From Leucoraja ocellata (taxonomy: Eukaryota), in NCBI GenBank assembly GCA_036785375.1, contig JAWMAR010000384.1:1550001-1614000 (forward strand): a DNA stretch of 64,000 bases, in the 5' to 3' direction. Position numbers and translations under genes: made by a program. This document shows, piece after piece, positions 1 to 13,829 of the stretch. The notes under the pieces are model-generated. The model did not search any database and was not told the origin of the DNA. It was given only the letters and a program-made list of their open reading frames with translations. Position 1 is the stretch's first letter; each line of letters opens with the position of its first letter.

Positions 1-439
1 GTTCAGATTGAAGACGTCTCATGCATTGTGATCACATAGGCAAATTTGGCATTATTGACATACAACATATTACCATAAGCAATAATAAGACAAATAACTA
101 CTTAATTTACTTTTGCTGAGCACGGACTGGGCCAGCAAGGTTACCTGGACACTACGTAAAACATTTATTCTTCAAATAATTTATAGAATTGTTACGATAT
201 ATGTAGCGAGGGACTTGTAATTGCTGAGGTGATGTTTATTAGAGCCATTGAGTCTAATGTAGGCAGAGTCGATGTCTGGTCAGCTATATACTTGATGAAT
301 AAAGGGACCTATTTTAATGCAACGTCATACTTGCAATGCTCGTGTTGTGCCATGGTTCCATGTTGATTATAAAATTAAAACTTGAAACCCTGATCCATGC
401 TTTGTTACCTCAAGATTTCACTATTCGAACATACTCTTA

Positions 440-790
440 CCATATTCTGTGCCTCAACTCGATCAGCTAAAAGTCATTAAAAAATCTGTTGCCACTGTCT
501 TAATTCGCAACAAATCCTGTTCACCAGTCACTCTTGTGTATATTGTCCTAAGTTGGCTCCTTATTAAGCATTACTTTTATTGTAAAACTTTGATTCTCTA
601 CCCCTTAGCTTTGTAATCTCTGCCAGCTGTATGACCTGTGATATATGTGCTGTCCCATCATTATGACCATGCACTTATCATCTTTCTTTATGTTTTATGT
701 GGCCTAGTATTAATTTGTTTGTGACCCTACAAAGTTCTCTGTGGCTATGGGCTACACCAAAGGTGATATCTAAATATAAGTTCTGGGACA
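440..790 (+). mobile_element. Very old L2-type LINE/SINE 3' remnant (approximate bounds)
   Basis: tcctgttcaccagtcactcttgtg...ctaagttggctcctt resembles the L2 'SPITPVL..LHWLP' coding end; heavily decayed. Confidence 0.35.
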
Positions 791-2259
791 ATAACATAAA
801 TAACTGCTTAAACTGAGCTGTAAATTACTTTTGAAGAAAGTACCTCAGTGTCACAAAGGGCGTTGGGACTATCTCGCCAATTCTATAATTGAAACTTCTA
901 ATTTGCGATATCTGCTAGCTGAAATATTGCTGTTTGAAAAATGTTTATCAGATAAATTGACCAGAAATAAGATGGATCAAAGAAATTATAAAGACCAGCA
1001 ATAATAAGAAACAAGGTAAAATATGGATCTGTGAATATGAATACTAATGAGACACATAAACTGGAGAATTGACCCTGGTAGCCAGTAACCAAGTCAGCTG
1101 TACTCTCTTGTCGGAAGTCAGGAGAATTATCACTGGTGAACTTTACCTGATGTATTGAACTGAAGACATTTTGCAAAAAGACAGGATTTTTAATTCATTC
1201 CCTTTATTTCCTTCAACTGTTATCAAATAAACAAATGTCACTATAATTCAGTATTAAAGATAACAATTTCAATTGCCAATTTCTTCATTAGCCCTAGAAT
1301 AAGAAAGTACACAAGCATACTCAGAAAATGTTTTTGTTTTGTGTAGGTTGCAATTATTGAACTTCCATTTTATCTATGAACATTTTTGTTTTTTGTTCTG
1401 TTTTCAATTATTTTTCAAGCCTTTTTTCTAAATGTGGTCCCATTTTATTTTAAATTTGTGTGGTTGTGTTTCTTGGCAATGCAGAGCTTTATACAGTATG
1501 TACATAGTTTTATTCGGTAAAAATAATCATTGACTGCGAAAACATGAAAGCACATCATTGAATATCAAAGGCAGATCTAGATCGGCAAAAGCAGATCTGA
1601 CATTCAGCCAATGGCACATGACATTGGAAATAGTTGACCTTTTAAGAATAAAAAGAGATTGAAAGTATATAATAGATTTATCACAGCTCGATCTCTGTTA
1701 AAAATAATTGCTCTGGAATGTGGTTCTCTAATAAATAAGTATCGCACCATAAGATTCTCATGGAAAATTGGAGAGATGGAATGAGCCTTCTGTTGTCTGA
1801 GACCTTCTTAACTGGGCTGCTGGCCAGTGTAAATTTTATTATATTGCCTTAGTTATTAGGTACATTTAGGATGCTGGCTTGTCTCTACAAATTTGAAATC
1901 CCATAGATGTATTTGATAGTGCATATATTTCTTATTTCCTTTCAGGGTTAGGAGAGTATTCAGCTCATCTACTATATGTTGGATCTCAGAGCAATCTCAT
2001 CAATTCCATTTTGTCATTCATTTCCCTGTCATCTGCACTTTCACATGTGTCCATTACATCTCCCTCTTACACTTACCACTTACACAAGGGTACATCATGG
2101 TAGCTGATTAAAGCCTTGAGACCTTTAAATTTTAAAGTTTAATCTTTCCGTTCTCTGGCAACGTACCTCAAAGCTGTATCATGCTGTGGCATTAGTTTAA
2201 TAATCATCTATGTTAAAAGTGGGTAAAAGTATAGGATCCAGTGTCTGGATTGGACTGAA

Positions 2260-2363
2260 GGTACACAAAAAAGCTGGAGAAACTCAGCGGGTGCAGCAGC
2301 ATCTATGGAGCGAAGGAAATAGGCAACGTTTCGGGCCGAAACCCTTCTTCAGATTGGACTTCA
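2260..2363 (-). mobile_element. Short Penelope-terminus insertion with hammerhead-like core
   Basis: Matches the terminus of the GIY-YIG element at 21204; 12-bp TSD gattggactgaa (2248-2259 / 2364-2375). Confidence 0.8.
2325..2352 (-). ncRNA. Minimal hammerhead-ribozyme-like motif (GUU triplet)
   Basis: Minus strand reads CUGAAGA A GGGU-UUCG-GCCC GAAAC GUU. Confidence 0.55.
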
Positions 2364-3789
2364 GATTGGACTGAACTGGGTTGGACCTTTCAATTCCTTC
2401 TGCAACATAATACCTATTGCTTAATGATTTAGTAAACAAAGTTTCTCTTGCCAACTGTCACCAATGATTGGACATTGAGTTCACAGCAAACAGTCAATTG
2501 TGCAGCATCCATTTAATCAGAAATCATTCTTGAAGGAGCAGAGGCAATTTCAAACCCGAATAGGATATTTTGGCAGATCAAATGCGGAATGTAGTTATAC
2601 TGTATAGGAATTATGTGCTTCTGTTCAATCTCAGATGCCGCATTAAAGTTGATATATAAACATGGTTGTTGAATTGCAAGCTTCTGGGACAAGTAAATAA
2701 GCTTTAGAAGAGTTGATTGATAACGGAATTGCCTTCAAATGCCCGTTTAGTCTTGTAAGTGAAATGCTACTGTATGTAGCGTTTAAAACAAAATAATTTA
2801 TGCTGCATCTATGATCTTGTAAACCAGAATAAGGTTTAGGTGTGGTATTATATTTTTTCTAAGGCAACATATCCTCCGTGCAGTTAAGGTATTGGAGTTA
2901 TCAATCTTTTAATAAAGCTGATTTGGTGCATTTGCATCCAGTTGGATTTTTATTCTATCTGAATGTTTTAACCCTTGTCTTAATAGATACCAATTTACTG
3001 GAGCACAAAAGTCTGCACAAATACATTGAAAAGCAATTGATGAAAGTAAAGATGGATGTGATATTTGTTATTTCCTTAACTGGGTCATTAAAATAAAAGT
3101 TGGATAGATTTCTGAGGAGTGTGGTGACCTTCTAGCTCCTAAATAAATAAGCCCATTCCAGAAATTTCAGTTTATCTCAAGGCTAGTGTTGTTGAGCAGC
3201 TTTAGGATTGTTGTTTTCATGTTGGAATTGTAGATATGATCTTCTTGAAAACAGGTGGCCAGTTAAAATTACAGGCAATGTCCTTCAAATGAAAATGTTA
3301 AACGTTAAAGGGTCTTTTGTTTTAATTACATTGGAATTACTGTAATTTTCAAAAAATACCATTAGGTTCTGAGATCCGATGTCTCCTTGCACGAGGTTAG
3401 AGCAACCTTATTGTCAGGATTATATTCCTGTTCCTTCAACTGATTGTCAGTTGTTAACAAAGCAAAGATGACAGGAAATAGTTATTCAGCCAGAATTTTG
3501 TTTGGTCCAGGACATGTATTTTAAATCAGTGCAAGTTTTGCAAGTTTCCCATTCTCTTGTCTCCACTGGAGATCCACTGTTGGCATAATCCGACAAAGTG
3601 GCCCAGATAATTTATTTATTGACCTAAAAATGAGGAAAGTACATGTAAAATCCTTTGGCATGTTTTTAAAGACATGTAAAACTATATAAATGCAAGTATT
3701 TTTCTTTATTACTATCCACAGAGCATTCATTGCTTTTGCAACAATGTCTTTTCATGTATGTATATTTGAGGGTCTCTCTCATAAGGCTA

Positions 3790-4935
3790 ATACCATCCCC
3801 ACACTGCCCACTTCTCTCTTTCCGTGCCTCACGCTGTCTGCTTCTATGTCCTTCCCAAAATCCACAAACAGTACTGCCCTGACAGACCCATTGTTCCTGC
3901 CTGCTGTGGACCTACCAAACTCATCTCCAAATACTTTGATTCCACCCTATCTCCCCCCCCCCCCCCCCCCCCTTTGTTCAGTCCCTTCTGACTTACAGCT
4001 GAGTTACCTCACTCGGATTTCAACTCTGCAATAACTTTCTGTTTTCTAGCCCCAGGATCTTACCTTAACCATGGATGTCCAGTCCTTTTACATAGAAACA
4101 TAGAAATTAGGTGCAGGAGTAGGCCATTCGGCCCTTCGAGCCTGCACCGCCATTCAATATGATCATGGCTGATCATCCAACTTCCATCTTCCACCAGGAT
4201 GATCTCCAGTTCTTCCTAGAACAGAAGCCTAATCCATTTACCTCCACTAACACTCTTCTCCATCTGGTGGAACTTGTCCTCACCCTCCACTCACTTTCTC
4301 CAAGTTTAAGGTGTGGCCAACAGGGACCAGACTATTGACTGATGTCTACTACAAAGCTACCAATTCCCACAGTTATCTGGACTACACTTCCTCCCACCCT
4401 GCCTCTTACAAAGGCGCGATCCCCTACTCTCAAGTTGGTCTCCACCACACCTACCCTCATCTACTGCATCCAGTACATCGGTGAAACCAAGTGTAGACTC
4501 ATCGACCATTTTGCTGAACACGTGATCGGTCTGCCAAGACCTGCAGGATCTCCCCGGTTGCTATCCATTTTAACTCCTCCCCCCCCCCCCCCCATTCCCA
4601 TACTTACCTTTCCATCTTGGGCCTCCTCCATTGCCAGAGTAAGGCCACATGCAAACTAGATGAACAACACCTCATATTCCGCTTGGGTAGCTTACAACCC
4701 GATGGTAGATATAGAATACCTCCAATTTTAGATAACTACATAACCCTCCCCCTCGCTCTCTTCCCCCATATAAACCTCTCTCCCCTGTTCTCCACCTGGA
4801 CTAGCACATATTTCTCCCTCCTCCTCCCCTTCCACCTACATTCCTTTCTCCAGTGTCACAATTTGTAACTCTTTAATCCTTTTGTCTCACGTCTTCCGTC
4901 TTTTCATCTCTAGTCTTTGTCCAAACATCAGCCTA
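3790..4935 (+). mobile_element. Decayed Penelope-like retroelement (RT and GIY-YIG fragments), interrupted by a CR1 3' end
   Basis: Broken frames give FYVLPKIHK, TMDVQS (RT) and IYCIQYIGETKCRL, LEEQHLIFRLGSLQP-like (GIY-YIG); pyrimidine-rich 3' tail. Confidence 0.8.
4091..4182 (-). mobile_element. CR1 LINE 3' terminus nested in the Penelope remnant
   Basis: catagaaacatagaaattaggtgcaggagtaggccattcggcccttcgagcctgcacc is the reverse complement of the tail at 45770-45849. Confidence 0.85.
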
Positions 4936-7184
4936 TCTTTAGGGCTACTTATTGTTGGTTTCTCATTTTAATCCTTTATTTTCAAATATAATGTTTATTT
5001 ATAATTTCTGTATACAGATTTAATCTAGTATATTTTTTGTAAAATTGCTCATTGTTCAAAAATATGGGAGTCATCTGCAACACTCACTGTCTACAATGCA
5101 ACACCTTACAAAATCACTTTTCCTCTTCCACGATAAATTTGCTTCCTTGTATCCTGGTGTGGCATAAATAGGATTTCTTCCAACCATGCGAATAAGTGGA
5201 CAACTTGTTTTTATTTGTTTAGTCTTTAGTGTGCAGCATTACTGTTCTTGTAAAATTATCACTTCCCAACGTAACCCTTATTTGTGACTTTCTGATAAAT
5301 GTAAAGAGAATGTTTAGCATGATGGAAACAACTTCAGTGGAGGTGAATGTAACCAAAGCAACAACTGGGAAGGGTAGCTCTCGGCTGTCTACATGACCAT
5401 TTAGTGTTGCAATGAATAGTTTAATAAAAATACATTGTGGAGCCTCACATATACAGATTCACAAAATGGTGATATCTGTTGTTACACAGGGAATGGAATG
5501 CAGATGAAGGATGGGGTGATCAAGTGGGCGTGGCATTAAATGTGTAACATTTAATTAGCTGCAACCCTATGACGTCAGTAACTACTGTATGTCAGTATGT
5601 GGTATTTCAAGTGATGTTATTGTATTCGTCATCTGCCATGTTATTGTTTTTCAGACATCTGCAGATTCTGAAAATATCATTAATGTTATTGACTGAATTG
5701 CTAGGACATTTTGTTTTCAATTTTAGATGCTCAGAATTGCCTTTTTGTCGTTTTCTCGTTGTCATAGCAGCAGAAATGTACGTACACAGTACGTCATGCT
5801 TAGATAATATGTGGTTGTGAGTGTTTTGGACTAATTGCTAGAAAATATCACTGGAGTTTTTTGTATTTTCACATACGCAGTACAGTTGAATTAAACAGTA
5901 AACCAAATGAAAGTTTAGTTAGTATCTTCTAACAAGCTGCTATAGCTAATTATTTCAAAAACATTAAGAAATGTTATCCAAATTTATATGGTATTCTAAT
6001 CTTTTAATTCAGTCACATGTGTATAGTCTAATTCAAAATTGAAAGAACAGTCTTAATTATCAGATTACACACCTGCACTCTGTTGCCTCCACTTCACCTC
6101 TAGCCATTGTTCTATGTCCATCCATCTGCCAATCACCCAACCTCACCAGAGTATGCTATGACTTATGAGTTCTTGCCACACCCCTTGCCTTCACCTCTCT
6201 TTACCAGCTGTCTTCTCTGTAGTTGATCAGTCGGGAGAAGGTCCTGGACCTCGAACATTGGTCTAGATTCTTGAACCGATCTGCACAACCCTAATCCTTT
6301 CTCGGCAAGGGTACACAACGGCCCATGTCTTGTCTACCATTGGCTTGTTTTCTAATTGTGGTTTGCACTAACGTCTTAGTTTTTACACAATCTTTGATTT
6401 TCAATGTCTTGCAGCATTTACGTGTGAATTATGTATAATTTATGTTTCTGTGTGTTGACAGAGTTTATGTAATATGATGATGCTACAAGCAAGATTTGTA
6501 TTGTATCTGTACCTCACCACACTTGTGCATTTTACATTAAAATCAACTTAACTTCACTAATCCTGAGATTACTATTTAAAAAATCCTGCTTTTTAACCAT
6601 CTGCCTAACTCCCTAAACTCACTTTGCACGAATGTACGAACAAAAGAGCAGGACGAGGCCACCATGCCCCTCAATCTAAGCCCACCATTCAATATTGTCA
6701 CACCTGATCTATGCTGGCCTCAACTTCTCTACTGTGCCTGTTCCCCATAACCCTCAATTCCTCTTTCAAATATTAACCTGTCTCCAGGCAAGGTGCTGTA
6801 AACATTTATTACCTTTTCCTAGGTGCAACCAGTGGCAGATTCATATCCCCCTCCCCTCTTTAATGTGAACAGATGCCAGATTGTACCATGCTTTGTACCA
6901 TGGGGGGAGGTAACCTATATTCTAGAGCTGTGAACCCCATTCTTACATATGTGAATGTATAGAAGAATGCTGTTACTGACATGCATAATCATCAAAGAAT
7001 TAATTACCTTTACGTGATGTGAAATTAATTTCATTTACATTATTTTCTTCTCGGGTTCTGTTCAGATGATGATCGTTACAGAGTCATATAGAAAGTCATG
7101 GGCATTCAGCCTAATATGTGCATACTGTTTATTTACACTATTCCCCCTTGTCCACATTAGGACCATATCCTTCTGTGATGTGTA

Positions 7185-7980
7185 CAGTGAGGATGGTTGT
7201 CTAAGGCTACAGCAGCATATAGATCAAATGAAAAGTTGAGACGACTGTAGGCAGATAGAAATTAATCCTGCTAAGTATAAGGTGATGCAATTAGGGAAAT
7301 CAAATAGGGGGTAAAACATATGCAGTAAATGTTGGGGCACTAAGGAATGTTGTTGAACAGAGAGATCTGGAGGTCCAAGTCATAGTTCCCTGAAAGTGGC
7401 AACACGGATTGATGGAGTGTTGAAGAAGGCATCTGCCTTCCAGGGTTGAGGCAAGAATGGAAGATTTGGGGTGTTTTGTTGCAACTTTATTAAACACTTG
7501 TTAGGCCGTATTATATGCATTTCTGGTCACCACACAAGGAAGGATACTATTTGCACATATAATGATTGGAGGGCTCTAGTCATGGAAGAAATTGTATAGA
7601 CTGTGCTTATTTTTCTTGGAGTAAAGGAGGTCGAGGGATGACCCAATAGAAATTTCCAAGATTATGAAAGCCATAAATAAGGTAGATTGTTAAAACCTTT
7701 TATCCATGGTAAGCATATCAAAATTATGAGGGAATAAGTTTAAGGAAAGAGTAACTAGTTTAAAGGGGTACCGATGAGTCATTTAAAAAAAAACTCGGAA
7801 TGGCTGATACTTGGAACTTCCTGCACATGAGGTGGTGAAAGCAGATACAATCATTACATTTCAGAGTCATTCAGGCAGATACTTAAATGGGCAAGACATA
7901 TAAGCATACATTCATAATGCAGGCATATGGGATTAGTGTTATTGGGCAAAAGATTCCACGTGGATGTGATGGGCTGCATG
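7185..7980 (+). mobile_element. Old CR1 LINE ORF2 3' fragment and 3' UTR (approximate)
   Basis: Decayed CR1-type coding pieces (gagagatctggaggtccaagtcatagttccctgaaagtggcaac); many stops. Confidence 0.65.
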
Positions 7981-9889
7981 GGAAACTGTTCTGGTGTTGA
8001 GAAGCCACAAATTGAAGGTAATTGGTGAAAGGATCAGAGATTGTTTTCTTGTGCAGTGAGTTGTTTTTATCTTGGATTACGTTTGTGTCTGAAAGGCTGG
8101 TGAAAGCTGATTAATTTTCTAAAGGTTATGAGATAAATTTGTGAAAAGAAAAATATTGTCTGGTCGAGGTTTAAAGGACGTGAGTGTGACTAATGAACAA
8201 CTTGGAGTTGAGTTTACACATTGGGTTAAATAACTTTCTTCTGTGCTGTGTTGTTTTATGATCCGTTGACTGAGTGTCCTCAGATTTGGAAGCTAAACTG
8301 TACATTAAAGTTCCTGTACAGCATTTGGATTTCACATGAAACACAGGATCTCTTTGATACTGGCAGCTTTTTAGCAGTGGCTCTGCCCTGATTGCAAATC
8401 TGCTAAAAGTTACTGTTGTCATTTCAACTTTTATAGTAATGTCCTTATTTTCTGCCTAACCGCAACAAGCTTCAAAACGAAGACAGCTGCTTTTCTTGGT
8501 TTCTGCTTATGAAGAGCATGTGACAGGTGTTCTTATCTCCTGTTAGTTGGAAATCTTTGACAAATGAAGCAGTGTCAACATTTGACCTGAACGACCATGG
8601 ACCCATTGGCCTTGTGTTTATACCAGATGCATTAATAAGTGCAATACTAAGTTCAATATTGCATCCAAACATAAGTAGATTATTGGTCCCATTGAGATTG
8701 TTCCAATATTCAGTTATGTAATTACTGATCAATATCAGATATTACTATGTGCTCACCTTTGCTTTATAACTTTCACTAATCTATCCCAGTAAAAAATATA
8801 CATCTCAATTTTGAAAAATTCTCTCCAACTAGTCTCAACACCTTGTTAACATTCCAGATTTTACCTACCCATTATGGGAAGAAGTGTTTAGACATCAACC
8901 TCAACTAGCTCTGTCCTTAATTATAGGATCATTCTCCTTTGTTGTGACCTCCTTATCAGAGAAAATGAATTTATCTTCAAACATATTTTGATCATCTTAA
9001 ACACCTTGGTTTTGTGTAATAACATGTTAATATAAAAAAACCTTAGTAGATTTGGAATAGGAATGTTCTGCTTTATGAACCTTCTAGCAGTTTTCTGACA
9101 AACATTCAGAATGGAGTAATTTTTTCCTGGTAAATCCAGTTTTCATTGATGGGATTTAAGATCATGCCTGTTATGGGAGAGAAAAAATAAAAGGATATTG
9201 AGATTTATTCTTTTTGAATTCGTTAATCTTATGAAACAGTGCCCAAATAGATATTTTTTCCCAAAGTCTTGAGTAGGATAGAAAATTATGTAGTTGGTAA
9301 AGGATAGAAAATACTGATTAATTGAAATTCTGACTAAACTACAGAAATAAATTTTGGTTCTTTGCTTTTTTTTTGTTTTTTTTTTTATTTCCATTGTTTA
9401 CTTTATACTGTCTTTTGCATAATCCCCTTCCCTTATCTACCACAGTTCTTTTATTCTGTCCCCCTCCATTATCGAGAAGTGATTTTTCCAGTTGGCGAGT
9501 TGTCCCTGGGGAGAATCCCTGTGTAAGTAATGCTTAGGTTGTTGGGGGTGAATACATTGTTGTTTCTCATTTGTTCCTTTCCAGGGCTCTGGATGGAATT
9601 CAAAGTATTTGAAGCACAATGCAGAGAAGAATAAAAAAGCAGTTGCACCTTGTAGATTGGTCACAACATTTGTGGTAGCTGAAGGGCAACTTGCCTTTCA
9701 TTTATGTAAACTGCTCCAAGTTATCTTCCTGAGGCTTTTTTTTATCACGCAGAAGATGCAAAATGAGAAAAGCACATGGAATAAAATCCTTATACTTACT
9801 TGTTATTACACTTAAAGCAAAGAAATATTTTCTGAATTATCTCGTTTGTTTTTGTCTCATTTGTAATTTTTTTTTACATTTGTCTGCAG

Positions 9890-9965
9890 GATCCATCCAA
9901 CGTGGACAAGTTTAATGTCTCAAACTTTTTCCATGTCAAAAGTGGCCAAAGGGTTACTGATCCAG
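9890..9965 (+). CDS. PPIL2: PPIL2 internal coding exon (DPSNVDKFNVSNFFHVKSGQRVTDP), first exon found in window
   Basis: tttgtctgcag|GAT acceptor and CCAG|gtaaa donor; 76 nt, phase 0 to 1; resembles human PPIL2 DPTNLDKFNVSNFYHVKNNMKIIDP (recalled). Confidence 0.95.
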
Positions 9966-10949
9966 GTAAAAAAAAAAAACTCTCACTGATCGAAGTATCA
10001 TTTAATTGTGGAATTCTTTATTGAAAATAGGTTACATTGCTTGAGTGCAGGGGAGATAGTCTGAGAATATTAAATAAATTCAGGAGGAGGCAATTCAAAA
10101 ATGGCATATAATTTTCTCGGTGCTTCTGCCGTTTATCTTCCATGTGAAAGACGTGGATTGATTACACATTGTCCTCTCCTTTAATTTATTGAGCTTCATT
10201 GGGTTCTGATGGCCTCCTCTAAATGAGATGGCTTATAAATAACACAAAAAAGATTTTGATTTGATCCCAACTGGATATTGATTTTAATTTAATGATAAAA
10301 TACTTTCAGCTGATAGTGACTGTAAAATAATACAAAAGTGTATTATTATTTTAGTTATGTTATGAGTCTCTTAGCAAAGATGGTTAAGCTAAAGGAATTT
10401 ATTCTGAGGAATAAATCATAATCTAAATTGACAGCATTCTTTACTTAAATAGGGCATGAGAGTGCATAGAACGGTAATATAGTATGCCAGTAAGAAAGGA
10501 TGGAGGATGTGGGTGAGGAAATGATGACCAGGAAAATGTACTATGAGCAAAATGAAAAGACATATGGCAAAGTTCTGAAGGAGAACTTGCAGAATAAATT
10601 AAATTAAAGAGGTCAAGAATCAGTTAGCAATAACTATTAGTGTAAGTGCTTCTTTGGTGCTGGCTTAGTATCGGTGGGCCGAAGGGCCCTTGTCTGTCTA
10701 GGACTCTAATGAACGGGTATCGTGATGGTGAATGTTACATCACTGCTTGACTGGGCCGCACAATATCCTGTGAAGTCTAATCATTTATTCAGAATAACTC
10801 GGTTACTGAGCTTAAAAAAATCTCAATCAATGAAAGAATATTTATAACATGGTGAAGTTCATGCAATCTTATTTCCACTGAAGGTTTTCTGCGTAAATGA
10901 AAAGGTTATCATTGTGGAGTTTCTCACACATGCCCTGTATATTTTCCAG

Positions 10950-11110
10950 ATGAGGAGAAAGCAAAGTTAGACCCAAATTACTATCTCAAATCCACCAGTA
11001 TGGAGCTGAGGGAAACGCTGACTGAGCTGTACAGAGATTATAAAGGTGATGAAATGCTGGCATCTATCATGAAAGAACCAGCAAAAAAGAAAGTGGATAA
11101 AATAAATGCG
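10950..11110 (+). CDS. PPIL2: PPIL2 internal coding exon (DEEKAKLDPNYYLKSTSMELRETLTELYRDYKGDEMLASIMKEPAKKKVDKINA)
   Basis: attttccag|AT acceptor and GCG|gtaagt donor; 161 nt, phase 1 to 0, in frame with flanking exons. Confidence 0.95.
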
Positions 11111-11594
11111 GTAAGTATCCATTTCTACCAGGCAATAACAGACTAGAATCTCTTGACAATGGAAATACGTTGCTATATGGAATAAAAACAATAGTTGTAG
11201 TCTTTATGGAATCTAGGAAGATTGTCAAAGGGCTACCAATGAAGGAAGATTTTAAATGATAAATTACCCCCCATTTTCATGCAATTAAATGTAAACTAAT
11301 TGGTATCTGAATGTCATTTACTTCGAAATTTTCTGCTGGTTCCCTTTTGAATATACAAAATTTATGAATACTTAAGAGTCATTAGACAGAGAACTTGAAC
11401 AGTTCGCATCAAATCCACTGACAGCAAATCTAAGGTGACTGATTGCTGAACATTCTTCTGTGATTAAACTGCTGCTTCCGAATTCTGCCGTGCAACATTT
11501 CCTTGATTATGTGAAGACAGGTTGTTGAGTAGATTCTCCCCCCCCCCCCCCCCCCCCACCCAACTTTTATTTTAGAATCACCAAGAAAATAATG

Positions 11595-12030
11595 CTGCAA
11601 AAGAAGCTCCTCATACCTACCTCTTGACCATGACCCCACAGTGAAACACCAGGCTATTGTCTCCCAGACAGTCACTGATCCAGCGACCTACCCTCACAGC
11701 CTCTAACCTTATAGTTCCCCAACTCTGCACTGCCCATATTTATCTCTTTCCCAAAATAGATAAGCCTGACTGCTCTGGTAGACTCATTGTTTCTGCTTGG
11801 TCCTACCTCACCAAAATTCCTCTCCAAATACCTTGATTGTATTTGTCCTCCCACTCCCCACCATGTCCAGTCCCCTCCGACCAACATCCAAGTCACCTCG
11901 CACGCTCTCTAACACTTCAATAACTTCAATTCCTATGCTCCCATCGCTGCATCATTATTGTGGAATCCAGTCCTTTTGCATCTCCATTCCCAACCAGGAA
12001 GGATTAGACCTTCCAGTTCTTCTTTGAACA
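11595..12030 (+). mobile_element. Penelope-like RT fragment
   Basis: Translates in pieces to SYLPLDHDPT and YLFPKIDKPDCSGRLIVSA; homologous to 3840-4230. Confidence 0.7.
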
Positions 12031-13387
12031 GGGAATGAGACGACGATACACATCTTCGCACAAATCCTATTGAACCGTTGTAATTCTCATAGATTTGTGG
12101 ATTTCAAGGGAGTTGACTGAAATGGGAATAGTGCAGGAAATAATAAATACATGGCAAATTGCTCATGATGGAAATTTTAAAGATTAAGATAATATATGGC
12201 TTTACAGTTGGGGTGAATATCATCCTTGTGGTCCTATTTTCGGACTAAAAGCGTTTGCATCGCTGTAAAACTATATTTGATCTGGACTCTCTTCCTGTAT
12301 GCCAAGTGATTGGATACGTTATTTTATTCAAGTTTCCAAAAAAAGACTCGTAAATTTATTGTGCTATAATTAGATGCTGCCACCAGTAATATCTTTGTAA
12401 TGCATGGTTTGAACTAGTGTCAGTTCCTGTATAGCTGCCCAAACCAGAGGTCTGCAGTCTACATAGGAGAGAAACTTTGTTCTAATTCTAGATTTCTGCT
12501 TTCCAATTTATTTGGTCATTTAACCACAATTAATATAAAATTAAACCATTGTCTAAGAAGGGCATCCTTTAATATGAGGGCGGAATTGCTTTTTATATTG
12601 GAGCATTTCTTTCCTTACTCCCAAGCTCATTTTGCTTAAATACTAGATATATGCCTTTCACGGACAGTTTTTTAATGCATTGGGGGACAACTAAGATGGG
12701 TTTTCAAGATACAAGTGAGAAATTACAGACTTTAATCACGATTAGAGTTGAGAAAAAAACATAAACAGAAAAAGTAATACATTGAAAGCCTGGAGCCAAT
12801 TGAAAAATTAATGTGCAGTGTGTGAGAATAGAGGATTACTATTCAGCGTTATAATTAAGTAAATAATAAGGTCATTTATTGCAGTGTGTCATACATCACA
12901 AATCAAGTACTGTCCCAATGCATTAAAAAAGTGTGTTTTCTATGACATTTTGCAACCATTTAAAACAACAAAATCGCCTCATGTACATTTTAAGGCTGAC
13001 CAAAAGAAAGCCTAGGGCAAGGAAATCTTTTATTTGCTAACTTCCAACGATTCCTGTTCTTCTCCTTTAAGTACATACAGTATAAAGTGTTGCATTTATA
13101 CGTCCATCATGATATGTTACATTTTATCTTCCTCTATACTTATTTGTGAAAAAATCGGCCCCACTTCCAATTACAGTGGAAAATCAGGTTAGAAGACCAT
13201 TCAGATGATTTCTGATTTGGTTCTTAAATAGTTGCTGCTTTTTGAAAATATTTTCACACTCTATCCTGTATGCATGTAAAGTGTGAAGAATGAGTGCTCA
13301 GATGGCATTTATCAACTGTCCACAGTATAGATTTTTATGAAGAAGAGGCAATTCTAGGATCTTCCCACCCAAAGTCTCTGAATCAGC

Positions 13388-13458
13388 TAAAATAGACACC
13401 AAAAGCTGGAGTAACAACGGATCAGGCAGCATCTTTGGAGATAAGCCTGTGCCTCCAT
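13388..13458 (-). mobile_element. Very short Penelope-terminus insertion lacking the ribozyme core
   Basis: atagacaccaaaagctggagtaac...ggcagcatctttggaga; 13-bp TSD tctctgaatcagc (13375-13387 / 13459-13471). Confidence 0.7.
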
Positions 13459-13829
13459 TCTCTGAATCAGCATTTTGGTTAACTATGAATAAGCTAATAC
13501 TGTTCAGTAAAACTGTTAATCTGGCACGTTCAAGATTTTGGTGTCACACTGGCAGATTTTCAAGACTTTTAGATGTTATTCTAGTTAATGCTCCAAAACA
13601 CTACAAATTCACTTTTTGCTGGACCATACACGGTAGTAAAACAACATTTTCAGCAAACCCCCTAATTTTAAAGGGAACATGGGAGATGGAGCCAGGTGAA
13701 TGTCAAGCTAATAAGTGACTTTCTATTAATGGTGTAGTCTTTGGAACCAAAATACATTTCTAAATTGATGAATGAAACTACATTTTTGTGGGATTGGTGG
13801 GTATGAGCTTGTAAAGTTAACACTGATGA

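Noticed and set aside
1-9889. Upstream PPIL2 U-box or adjacent exons
   Set aside because: No segment with the expected translation and splice sites found by eye; treated as intron
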